From contig NC_043008.1 of the NCBI RefSeq assembly GCF_006345805.1, forward strand, positions 29,822,001 through 29,886,000: 64,000 nt of DNA. The letters are read 5' to 3'. Shown piece by piece: positions 43,045 through 55,145 of the stretch. The DNA comes from Octopus sinensis. Lineage: Eukaryota. The notes beneath the pieces are model-generated. The model was not told where the DNA came from. It was given only the letters and a program-made list of their open reading frames with translations, and ran no database searches. Made by a program: the position numbers and the translations under genes. Positions within the stretch are counted from its first letter, which is position 1; the number at the start of each line of letters is the position of its first letter.

Positions 43045-43080
43045 CAGTTGAGAAAGTCTCAATGACTGGAACCGGTACTG
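43045..43080 (+). ncRNA. Degenerate hammerhead motif in the right palindrome arm
   Basis: cag TTGAGAA agtc tcaat gact GGAAC cg GT A ctg: all three stems retained, core mutated. Confidence 0.5.
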
Positions 43081-43130
43081 AAATGTTTTTTATAAAATTA
43101 TTTTATCATTTTCTATCTTGACTTTTTTTT

Positions 43131-43179
<49 letters not shown>

Positions 43180-43597
43180 AGAATTAAAATCAACACGACA
43201 CCAAGTAACTAAATATATATATAAAGAATGAAGAGTAGATTGCACAGCTTTGAGGAAATAAAAATGAAGGAAACAATGGGAATTTATGTCTAAATAGTAT
43301 TATGAAACTTTAAACCTTAAAATTGAGAATTACATATAAACCTTTCAGAAAACTTTTAATAGTTAAATAATTAAATAAGAGATTATTAAAAAGATTGAAT
43401 ATTGAAATTAAAAGTTAAAAATTAATATTGCATGTGAAAAATTAATAGTAGTAAGACATTAAACAATGGAAAACTTAAAGATTAACTTTGAAATAGACAC
43501 TGAAAATGAAAACATTTTGGGGATAAAATAGTTGTTTAGAAAGTTGAATTTATAAAAAGATTTTTTTTTTAATCACAAAATACGTTAGTTACAAATA

Positions 43598-43755
43598 GCA
43601 CAAGGCCAACAATGTCGAGGGAACGATAATTCAATTACATTAACCCCAGTGTTCAATTGGTACTTATTTTATCATCCCCCAAAAGATGAAAGGCATACTT
43701 GACGGAGGAAATGCCGCTAAGCCTTTAGCCAGTAATTCTGCTAGGTCGTCACCTT
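43598..43755 (-). mobile_element. SINE family B relic
   Basis: gcacaaggcc...ccccagtgttcaattggtacttattttatc...gatgaaaggca...aaatgccgctaagc. Confidence 0.7.
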
Positions 43756-43984
43756 GAATGAATAAATATATATATAAATATTTTTGAAATTAAAATTTTA
43801 AAAATATGTGTGCAAAACTTCGAAAATAATAATTTTGCATTTAAAATCAAAAGATTACGGTTGAAAAGTTCGTTGAAGATAATATAACATTAAAAAAGAA
43901 CATTGAAATTAAGAGTCGTAAAATGCGAGTAGAAAAGGGAAAGCCCATATATATACTTATACACCTGCAGAAATATATATATAT

Positions 43985-44130
43985 AACTTTGGGTCTCGAC
44001 AAAATAAGCCAATAGAATAATTACTTGGACTACAAAGAATAAGTCTAGTGTTTATTTCTTCAACTATAACCCTCCAAGGTGATCCTTCAGCATGGCCGCT
44101 GACAAAAGACTGAATCAAAAACAAAAAAGT
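43985..44130 (-). mobile_element. SINE family A 3' relic (sequence reads in the same orientation as 22880-23010)
   Basis: aatagaataa...tacaaagaataagtc...cagcatggccgc...gactgaa matches the 3' part of family A. Confidence 0.4.
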
Positions 44131-44187
44131 ATAAAAGAATAATCGAATATGTACATTCGTAACGGCACACATTTATCATTCACATTC

Positions 44188-44395
44188 TGGCATTCCGTCA
44201 GTTACAATAACGACGGTTTTACTTCATCCGACAAACGTAATAGACTGCTCGTGGAATTAACGTGCATGGGTGAGCACTCAAGAGACACGCGTACCCTCGG
44301 CGCAATTGTCGGGGTTGTTCAATGCGACACACTATCTGCCAGGGCTGGTAATTTCAAACAGAAGTACTACTAATTTTTGCCAGCTGAGTGACCTG
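44188..44395 (-). mobile_element. SINE family C body fragment
   Basis: tggcattccgtcagttac...ctgctcgtggaattaacgtgca...gacacgcgtaccct...atttttgccagctgagtg; recognised from memory as an octopus SINE body. Confidence 0.55.
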
Positions 44396-45249
44396 AATAG
44401 AATTCCCCAACCACCTAGACACGCCCCGTCACGAGTCACATTTACACGCATGGGTGAATCCACATGAATTGACGAAACAAAATATATGGGGCGTTTGTCC
44501 ATCTTTACCATCGATGCTACGATCTCAATGAACAGAAGTACTGATTCCTCTTTTTGAATTTACCTGTTAGTTCTTTTGAGACACTTTGGGAAAGACCTTC
44601 AGCTGATAAAAGCTGTTCCACACAGTCCTATGCATTTATCCAATAAATATCCTGTAAGCTCAACAGATGTATAAACATCTGTCCGTGAATAACGAATAGT
44701 TCTGGGCCTGACACCACTCTGTCAATCACGCTAAGAGCTTCCCCGCCATATCCAAATTATCAACTGGCCGGGCATCCGACTCCTCCCCGTGTACACTTCA
44801 GCATCAACAATGTCACCATTTGCACTTTCTGTTAACAATACTAATATAAATATACGGAATAAGGGCACTCTCTGTAGACAAATATAATATAACTGCTTAG
44901 GTTTTGATGACATTCTAATTACAACTAATGTTACTACAATGTTGTTTCTTAGTTTACTCGATGCCATTTTAAAGCCATAAACTGATTTATATAAGTGAGC
45001 TGAAACTGTACATTTATATGATTACTTCGTTTCTTATCTGCTTGTTTCAAGCTACATCTTCGATATATAATAACTAGTCCAAATCGTGTTGGCTATGTCT
45101 TCGTCGATATTTCAAATCTTACTTGTTTAAAACTTTTCATACATTGTAGTGGATTATATATTTTCATGTAACCTTTTTTGACTGCATTAAATACCGAACA
45201 AGCAGCCGTATATGTGTGTTTACTTCTCATATATGTCTCTCTGTATGCT

Positions 45250-45334
<85 letters not shown>

Positions 45335-45359
45335 TGTGTGTATACATATATACATATAC

Positions 45360-45397
<38 letters not shown>

Positions 45398-45489
45398 ATA
45401 AAATAACAAAAGAATAAATAAAATATATGCATATATACATACATATATGTACGTACCTACATCTATTTGTATATATACATGCATATATG

Positions 45490-46150
45490 GGTACAGGGCA
45501 CAAAAAAACGTCGAACACAATGAGAAACGAAAACATAAAAAGAGAACCATGGAAACGGAAATTTTTTTAAGCAACGAAAAAACAGGTTACAAGACATACA
45601 ACACAAGGAAAATTCCCCTTCTTCAGCCGCCTCCGTTTCGTCTACACCGTGTTTCGAAGGTAAAGGCGAGACACGACTTCGGTGAAACGGTCCTTCCCTC
45701 AAAGCAAATTAACTAAAATTTGAGATTTTTTTGCGGAGGGGTAACAGTGGTAACAAAAACAGGACAGTAAAAACAATACAAGGCAGTAAAAATACAAATA
45801 AAAACAGTAAACGACAGGACAAGTAGAATAACAGTAATACAACCGTTAAGGGTTGTTAAGCCGAACGAAAGAAAAATTATTTTGAACGCGTGAGCACAAC
45901 GACATAAGAAAGGAATAGGATGCCGGCTACACTTGTTGAAGGCTGTGGTCAGAAAGACAGAAGGACTCTGGTCACATGTCAGCGACGAGAGGGAGGAGGA
46001 GGAGTAGTAAGAGAAAGGGAACTGTGAAAGGGAGAGAATGGTAGAGAAAACCAGAAAGAATGAAGAATGTGCGAGAGGGGCACAGTAAGGCTAAGAGTGT
46101 GCATATAATTATTAAGATAAAACTTACTTGGAAGAGGATGCGTGGAGTTC
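45490..46150 (-). mobile_element. Non-coding pLTR-like repeat between (TA)n tracts
   Basis: Strongly strand-biased (T-rich on minus), flanked by (TA)n, contains GAAAC and CTGAAGA motifs at 45620-45660. Confidence 0.45.
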
Positions 46151-46166
46151 CGTATATACATATATG

Positions 46167-46243
<77 letters not shown>

Positions 46244-46283
46244 TATGTATATATATCCATATGTATACACACGCACACACACA

Positions 46284-46326
<43 letters not shown>

Positions 46327-47366
46327 ATGTATGTATGTGTATGTGTGTGTATATGTATGTCAATATATATATATCCACATACATATATATATGTATGTGC
46401 GTGTACGTGCGCCCGCACGTATGTGTGTGTTTTTATAGATATATGCCACTGGATCTGTAGAAGATAAATGCATGTGGTTTTAGAGCATTTTGTAAATATG
46501 TCATATGTGAAGGTATTCTTACGTTTTAATGGAATGCTTTGTTACCTTTTCTCAAATAAATTCTTTTTTCTGAATTGTAGTCTGTCCTTAATGTGTCAAC
46601 AATTATTCAACAGTTGTGTTACAGGAACTAGTGAGTATGACCAAGATATAATCTATTAAATATATTATTGTTACACAGGAACAATAATGAATCACCGAAC
46701 AAATAATAAGAATTTCTAGACCACATATTAAAGTTTCATGAACAATATGCTTTGACAATTACGAACGTAAGAATATCTCGAAATATTGCTATTTCATTAT
46801 CTATACAACGAATTCATGTAAGCACATACCTCCTGGCCGTCATGGATAACACCTGATCTCAGAACTAGAAAAGGTAGCTCTTATCAAATATTCTTAGGCC
46901 TAGTTACATATTTTAAATTAGTATTGATATGTGCGTACCATATAGAATCTACTTGAAAAAGCAGACTAAATATCTTGGAATAATATGTCCTGTATATAAT
47001 TAAAATATGACAAAAGTTGATTTCAGCATAAAGAAGGGTATAATTGAACAATTGTAAAAACAGCTAGGCAGCGATTATAACCAGAGCACTTTAACCATTT
47101 GTACTATTTGCTAAGATTATTTCCTCTTTCATGCAATTTATTCATATTAATTTCAACGAGGCTCAGTAATTTTTTCCGAATCTCGAGAGGGTGAATTTCA
47201 AACAATTTAGAATTTACCGTCATCGCATTGAATAGAAAACATCGTTTACTTCAACCCAGCGCACACAATTTGATACTGGCACAGACAGACACATACATAC
47301 ACACACACACATATATATTCATTTATGCATACACGCATATATGTATATATGTGTGTATATACATAT

Positions 47367-47397
<31 letters not shown>

Positions 47398-47594
47398 AAT
47401 ATACATATATAAATATATAAATATACATATATATATATAAATAAGTTCGTTCAGGATTATTTTCTGTGCCTTGTCTGATCACAGAATACATCTAACACCA
47501 GGAGTTGGCTAATTGACTTGGATACACTTTACTTTTGTATGTGTTTGTATGTAGGTATGTACATATATACAAACTTCCATAGCTGTATATTTCC

Positions 47595-47629
<35 letters not shown>

Positions 47630-47644
47630 ATCTATATATATACG

Positions 47645-47997
47645 TCACGATGTGTTACCGCTACTGTATATAACTCACTTTGATATTTATCATTGTTTGA
47701 TTTCACTTTTTCAATATCAGCGACAGTGGACGCTGGAAAAAGTATAAGTATTTGTGAAGGAAATCTAATTCTCGGCGACAACTATGATTGTCACACGCTG
47801 ACGAGAGGTCAATACCTCGAAACTCGAGTCCGTGTGTATCATAAGTTGAAGACGGGAAGGATGACTTCCCTTTGCAAATACTGACAGGACACAGATAGTG
47901 TGTCTATGGCCAGCTGGAGGAGTGTGTCCTCCTGGGGCTAAAAACTACAGTAGCATCCACCCTTAGGGGTTAGCCATATTGAAATGGCAAAAATACG

Positions 47998-48001
<4 letters not shown>
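47645..48001 (+). mobile_element. Family H1 non-coding element carrying an intact hammerhead ribozyme
   Basis: 3' part homologous to the 7226, 31008 and 51604 copies; (TA)n on both sides. Confidence 0.8.
47792..47836 (+). ncRNA. Minimal type-I hammerhead ribozyme, canonical core
   Basis: cacacg CTGACGA gaggt caat acctc GAAAC tcga GT C cgtgtg: 6-bp stem I, 5-bp stem II closed by G-C, palindromic stem III, GUC site; predicted cleavage after 47830. Confidence 0.92.
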
Positions 48002-48033
<32 letters not shown>

Positions 48034-48907
48034 CATGGTGCGTAAGGTATTTGAGGACATATATTTTTGGGTCATTGCTATATTGTTTGCTAACCCTGCA
48101 TAATCTTTGTTTCAGAAAATAATTGTACCAGACTCTCCGCTTGCTCAAAAAATGGAGAGGCATGCTGTTATTGTGGTTATAAAGACTAAGCATTGGGATT
48201 TAGCAATATCTCGATTTTTAAAAGTCGCCAGAACTTTCGTCTATAAAGTTTGTATGGAGCTAAAGAAACGTATCACTAATATCAAAACATAAAACACATT
48301 CTCAACGCTTTAAAATCATCTGAACACCTGAATTTATCCAGAAAATTCAAGAGACCAATGATTACAATCCAATAAATTTCATGTGGTCAATTGCAAACGA
48401 TCTCCATGTGTCAAAAGAAACAGTCAGAAATGTCCACGAAGAAAGGTCAAATTGTCAGAAAAAGCAAAAGAAAATCACTACATCAGATCTAAAAGCCTCT
48501 TAAACAAACCGAAAATTCCAGAAGATTTGATTTGGCTTTTCTCAAACGAGAACAACTTCGACCTGGATCAAACAGTTAACAACAAATGACAAGTGTTTAT
48601 GTGCAGAAGTTTTGTGCATACAAAATTTCCTGGAACTGTCATGGTTTTCGGGGTTCTCAATAATGAAGGACATGTGATGCCTCCTTACTTCTTTGCACAA
48701 GGGCTTATAAACCAGGACCACTTGATTCGAGCATGTAGAGGATTTAGATCTCAAATAGAAGCAGTTGTTGAAGCTGAAGGTGGCGATATTGAATAACATT
48801 TTAGAAAAGGTTTATTTTTATCATCATAGCATTTTTGATAAATTTATTATCTGTTATTTTACATATATTTTATTATAAATATAAATCTGTCCTCAAATAC
48901 CTTACGC
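48034..48907 (+). mobile_element. Internally deleted Tc1/mariner-superfamily transposon (maT/DD37D-like)
   Basis: Perfect 20-bp TIRs gcgtaaggtatttgaggaca (48040-48059) / tgtcctcaaataccttacgc (48888-48907); transposase remnants WLFSNENNF, TKFPGTVMVFGVL..EG.VMPPYFF, RACRGFRSQIEAVVEAEGGDIE. Confidence 0.88.
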
Positions 48908-48919
48908 TCTCTCTCTCTC

Positions 48920-49033
<114 letters not shown>

Positions 49034-49715
49034 ATATATTATATATATATATAATATATATATATCAGTAGGTTTTCAAAGCTATTACTTTGAAGAAAAA
49101 TAAGCAGAATAGACAATGGTTATGTGATTACTTTAATCGAAAATGTTAATTCCAGTTTCCATAAATCATTCATCTTTGCTATGTCGTAATTATTTACATA
49201 CTTATTCATCAGCATATGATTGGATGCCTGGATACTATTACACATAAGGAATAAGCATGAATTATTACTAGTTATTACTTTCTACTACATTAAAACTCAT
49301 ATTTAATTTCTGTATTACACTGTTGTTAATTTCGTAACGAAAGAATATTATTACAGCTGTCAGACTTTACGTTATCGACTCTTTCCCAAGTTTTTACTAG
49401 ACACTAAAGTTTTCTGAAATGTTTTAATTTTATTTCACGAAAGATAGTAGCAATGAAACGGAAATAGAAATAACACAAAGCATTTCTCATCCGATTTTTC
49501 TTTTTCTTATGAAAAATTCGCATTAATGATATTGGCGATTAAATTGTCGCTCTTCAAAGAGTATTAAGATAGTAATCTTAGCTGAAACAATTATTAATAT
49601 TTTCGTTTGAAAGATTCGAAATGTACGCGCGCGCACACACACTCACACACTTTCACTTTTATATTATATCATGTTACACTAAATATGTATGTATATATCT
49701 ATATCTCTCTATCTG

Positions 49716-49748
<33 letters not shown>

Positions 49749-49835
49749 ATATATATATATATATATAATATATATATATATATGTATGTATGTATATATG
49801 CATATATTGCATTAATATATATGTAAGTTTATATG

Positions 49836-49918
<83 letters not shown>

Positions 49919-50171
49919 ATATATATATAAGTATGTATATATAGATAGATAAATACCTACATACAATCATGTTAATATGTAGACACATGCATGTGTGAGT
50001 GTATGTGTTTATTTCCGTACGTGTGCGCGTGTACATGTGGATACATACCATAAGTATATTTAAACCTATATATATGCACATATGCCGGTGTGTGTGTTTG
50101 TCTGTGTGTCTGTGTGTGCATGTAGTTGTGCATACATAACATAAGTATATGTAAATCTATATAAGCACATA

Positions 50172-50221
<50 letters not shown>

Positions 50222-50839
50222 AGAGAGCATTATTCTTTAAGTTTTGTGTGCCTTGTAGAAAATAATCAAGTCATTATGAAATCAACACGTCTTTTAAGAG
50301 CTAAGGTACTTTTAGCTAGTGTGTTGGTATGACCATAAATTGTTTCACGAATTGGGATATAATTTTAATGTTGACGTTTGATGTATTTATGTATCGTATA
50401 TTTTGCCGGAGTGTTGCTTTTGTCACTGGATTTGCGAACTGTTGTAGTTGGATTTTATATGTCTACACAGAAATTACTGGAATAAACATGGTACAAACTG
50501 TAATAAAATTTTCTGCATATCGATGTGTTCAACATGCTATATACTTCAGACAACAAAAGAATTTATTTGCATATACTGGAGAAAATTATATTCCACTATA
50601 GTATGTTAATAATAGGATACTATATGTATGTCCACTTGAATTATTCAAGTACATACTCATATCATGAGCAGAAAAATAGGGCATAATATAATTTATGACA
50701 GCACACAAACTACTGACAGTTTCACCGACCTTCAGATTGAAAAAGGAAAACATTGGGGGTACTTATAATTCAAGTGGAAATGGCGATAAATTGATTAAAG
50801 TACATCTTACTAATATATCCATTTCATTATATTCGTGTA

Positions 50840-50890
<51 letters not shown>

Positions 50891-50961
50891 TATATATATA
50901 TTATATATATATATATATATAATATATATATATATATATACATACATACTTTCATATATAT

Positions 50962-51245
50962 ATACAAAATTTAAAGGACTAACCACTAAAAGTGGACAGC
51001 CAACATGCTAGATACAGACGTCAAATCGCTATTTTCCACAAATAATATGTTCTCAAATAAAGAGAACATATTCTTTGTGGAATATAGCGATTTGACGTCT
51101 ATATCTAGCATGTTGACGGTCCACTTTTAGTGGTCACTCCTTTAAATTTTGTATGTAAAAGTATTTTAATCTTCGGATTTTTTAATATGCTGGACCACTG
51201 GTTTTAATTGATTAATATCAATTTCTACCCTTATTAAATTTTTAA
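50962..51245. mobile_element. Fold-back element, family H2 (arms about 93 bp, 7-nt loop, one-sided tail)
   Basis: 50962-51054 pairs with 51062-51154; tail 51155-51245 matches 40610-40700; (TA)n/(CA)n flanks. Confidence 0.85.
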
Positions 51246-51269
51246 TTACACACACACACACACACAGAT

Positions 51270-51319
<50 letters not shown>

Positions 51320-51361
51320 TATGTATATATGTATATATAAATATATATATATACACACACA

Positions 51362-51518
51362 TACGATGGGTTTATTTCAGCTTCCGTCTAACGAATCCAC
51401 TCTCGAGAGTTTGGTCAGCCCGAGGCTAATGAAGACACTATCCCAAGTTGCCACGCAGTGAGGCTGAACATGGAACCCTGTTGTTGTTAGGCAAGCTACG
51501 TACCACACACCCACACCT

Positions 51519-51522
<4 letters not shown>
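51362..51522 (-). mobile_element. SINE family A 5' half
   Basis: tttcagcttccgtcta...ttggtcagcccgaggcta...ccacgcagtgaggctgaac. Confidence 0.8.
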
Positions 51523-51569
<47 letters not shown>

Positions 51570-51603
51570 GAGAGAGAGAGAGAGAGAGATCACTGTGGTT
51601 ACA

Positions 51604-52020
51604 CTCCCTAATATTATATATAATACATCTCTGAACGATGTAGCTGCACGACAATGTGAAGTATATTTGCCACTTAAATGTGGCTAATCACTAAGGGTGG
51701 ATGCTACTGTACCTTGTAGCCCCAGAAGAACATCTTCTCTAGCTGGCTATTGACACATTTTCTGTTCCCAGTAATTGCAAAGGGAAGCCATCCTTCCCAT
51801 CGTCGAACTGACGTAATACGCACGGACCCAGGTTTCTGGGTATTTACCCGTCGTCAGCGCACGACATTCACCGGTCTTTGATGCGGATGGCTTCCCTTTG
51901 AAATTACTGGTCACAGAAAGTGTGTCAATACCCAGCTGGAGATGTTCTTCTGGGCCTGCAAGCTACAGTACCATCCACCTTTAGTGGTTAGCCACATTTA
52001 ACTGGCAAATATAATTCATA
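51604..52020 (-). mobile_element. Family H1 fold-back element with a hammerhead ribozyme in the loop
   Basis: Arms 51655-51793 and 51885-52020 are inverted; the HHR lies in the spacer; the tail 51604-51654 is present on one side only. Confidence 0.85.
51819..51863 (-). ncRNA. Minimal type-I hammerhead ribozyme
   Basis: Minus strand: cgtgcg CTGACGA c gggta aa taccc a GAAAC ctgg GT C cgtgcg; full core, stem I with two G-U pairs, C-A mismatch at the base of stem II. Confidence 0.85.
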
Positions 52021-52084
52021 TTATATGTGTGTGTGTGTGTATTTCCATTTACACACACACACACACATTATTTTATTATTTTAT

Positions 52085-52263
52085 TACTTTACTTATTTCA
52101 GTCATTTGACTGCGGCCATGCTGGATCATCGCTTTTAGTCGAACAAATCGACCCCAGGGCTCATTCTTTATAAGTCTAGTACATATACACTCAGTCTCTT
52201 TTGCCGAACCACTAAGCATGTGTTTTGGAAGCAATCTTCTTACCACACAGCCACTCCTCTGCC
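52085..52263 (-). mobile_element. SINE family A, internally deleted
   Basis: cagtcatttgactgcggccatgctgga...cttcttaccacacagccactcc. Confidence 0.8.
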
Positions 52264-52707
52264 TATATATGGAAAATCGTCACGAACACATTGCGTTTGG
52301 ATGTTTATATTTATGTGTGTATGTGTGTGAGCTCGCGTGTGTGTCAGTTCACAAATGAAGTAGATATTAATAAATGAACTCCATCAATTTACAACTGTTT
52401 ATGATATAAGTTGCAACGCACACATTCATATATTTCTCACAATGTGATGTTTGTGAAATTGTGAGTAGATGTTAGATAAGGTTTATTGCAAACCAGATTC
52501 AAGTTTTCATGACTGAGTTGATTAACGAGCTGATATTCTTATAAGTACTTAATATTTTGATTAGAATCATGTTTAATACATCCAATGACATGTTAAGAAT
52601 AAGTTAATCGTCTTTTCCACTGGAAATAGTCAAGTGCCTAGAAATTTTCTGAAGAACACAAGAATACGAACGCTGATTTTTTATACTTTCTAATTGTTTA
52701 TCTGTAA

Positions 52708-52845
52708 TCGTTCTAAGTTCAAATTCCGCAGCCTGTCATCCTCTCGGGGTCGATAAATTAAGTGCCAGTTGCGTACTGGGCTCGATCTAATCGACTGCCC
52801 CTTCTCCAAAAATTTCGGGCCTTGTGCCTAGAGTAGAAAAGAAAA
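52708..52845 (+). mobile_element. SINE family B fragment
   Basis: agttcaaattccgc...ggggtcgataaattaag...aatttcgggccttgtgcctagagtagaaaag. Confidence 0.85.
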
Positions 52846-53138
52846 GAATTGCTTATCGGTAATGAAGTTTCTAGATTGAATACAACTGTGATGAAGAATT
52901 TCACCGTCATTACCATTGTGAGACTGATATATTGTTGCAATATGAGACATATTTAACAAACATGATACTAATTAATACATAAATATAATACATCTGTCTC
53001 CTATATTCTTTTTCTTTTATTAGAACACTGTCTGCATGTTTTCCTTTTGTGATATCAAGGGTAGAAATGTACCCAAGTTGTTAAGTTGGGAAATAGCATA
53101 AGTTTATTACTTAAGACACATATACGTATATCTAAGTC

Positions 53139-53191
<53 letters not shown>

Positions 53192-53193
53192 GC

Positions 53194-53278
<85 letters not shown>

Positions 53279-54359
53279 TATATACACATAGATATATATT
53301 TCTCTATACTAGCACACATCTGATACTCTTGCATATATATGTGTGTGTATGTGTTTTTGCGTGTGTGTGTGTATGTGTGTGTGCGTGTGTGTGTATGTGT
53401 GTGTGCGTGTGTGTGTATATTAACGCATATAAACGAAGGAATGAAGCACTAAACTCATCCTGTATGAGTAACACATAACTTTCTGCCTCATACAAGTTAA
53501 ACTTTTGTAGGCTACTTAAAAGATCCTAGCTCGTCAGGTTCAGGCAGTACAATAGAAAGGTGCCGAGATTTCAAGAATGGTACAGGAAAGTGAGATGCAA
53601 TTGGTTAAGGCGGGTCATATGGTGTTATTACAAGTGGAATCTAAACTCCAATGACTCCAGATGCATAGAAACGGTGAAATTCTTGGATTGCTTGACTAAT
53701 GGCTTCACGATTCCAGGGTTGTCATTGAAAGGACTTGTACTACATCGTATGCATTGTCAGCAACAGTGCGAAGATATGAGAGTCTAATGGCTATATGTGT
53801 ATAACTGCTATGCGTGTGGAGGGATACGCGTGCATGTAAACAGGCATGTGGATCAGCGATAATGTAATCCGCATGTTGGTGCACATATGCATGTTTGCTG
53901 TGATGTCTGCACGATGAGTGTGTGTGCTAATCAGCCGTGTCTGACATCTTGCCTGCTTGTATATATGGGTATATATGTCAACTGCGTATATCTGCGGATG
54001 CATGTGTATCAGATGTGTCTGATCGAATAACAGTATGAACGCGTTAGGACCTAATGCGTGCGCGTGTGCGTACCTAGAGTGTTTTAAAAACACATACCCT
54101 CGTCGACCACGGATCCGATGTCACACAAGCCCCTTCTAAAAACATCGAGGCAGCGTGAAGCCACCAGCTTTCTGTTCAATAATTCTCCTTTTAAATGTAT
54201 TAAATGTATTAGGTAATTTCGATTCTCACTTCTAACACTATTTAACCCTCCATGATCAATAACAGCCCGGTTTCCAGAGGTCCACTTCAATTTTTGCATC
54301 TCTCCATTGGGCTGCCTGAATCCTACGAGCTAAGTTCTTGTAAAAACCTGACCGTTTTC

Positions 54360-54414
<55 letters not shown>

Positions 54415-54434
54415 TATTATTATTATTATTATTG

Positions 54435-55088
54435 CCTTTGCACAGCTTCTAACGCTGGAAATGTGTACTACGGTGTCAGCCGTTCACTACCAGTGAACTA
54501 CGGTAAAACCTCATATTTTTCGAGCACCTTCCGGGGTTTTCGAACGTTTCCAAGCAGTGCAAGCGCCCCAACCTTATTGCAGCCCTTATTTGTTCCATGT
54601 ACTTCTCGAGATTTTTACTCAGTATTCCCTGGGCTCTGACAATTAATGGTACCACTACCATATTTTCTCATCGACCACAACTTCTTTGCTTCCCAAGATG
54701 ACCTGTCATACTTATCGGCTTCTCTTGGTACCACCACAAACCCGAAGGCCTCATCGAAAATGATAATGCAAAGATCCTGTGGGATTTTATGACTCATTGC
54801 GACCATGAGATAGAGAATAGGAAGCCAGACATAGTCTTAATTGAGAAAGAAATTAAACTATGCTGGATCATAGATATATCATGTCTAGCTGACAACAAGG
54901 TATTTATCGTATACCTTGTTGTCAGCTAGACATGATATATCTATGATCCAGCATAGTTTAATTTCTTTCTCAATTAAGACTATGTCTGGCTTCCTATTCT
55001 CTATCTCATGGTCGCAATGAGTCATAAAATCCCACAGGATCTTTACATTATCATTTTCGATGATGCCCTCGGGTTTGTGGTCGTACCA
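54435..55088 (-). mobile_element. R4/Dong 3' fragment with an internal inverted duplication
   Basis: Minus-strand WYDHKPEGIIENDNVKILWDF...NRKPDIVLI...WIIDISC, then an inverted copy, then KLWSM...VVVPLIV; (ATT)n on both flanks. Confidence 0.85.
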
Positions 55089-55100
55089 ATTTTATTATTA

Positions 55101-55145
<45 letters not shown>

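Larger units (their letters stand above)
41912..43135. repeat. About 1.2-kb diverged palindrome centred near 42607
   Basis: gaataagaatgaatgtag-atactactac-ctacattcgttcttattc at the centre; arms match outward to atatggaaaaaaaag / ctttttttccatat, including mirrored (GAA)n/(TTC)n. Confidence 0.9.
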
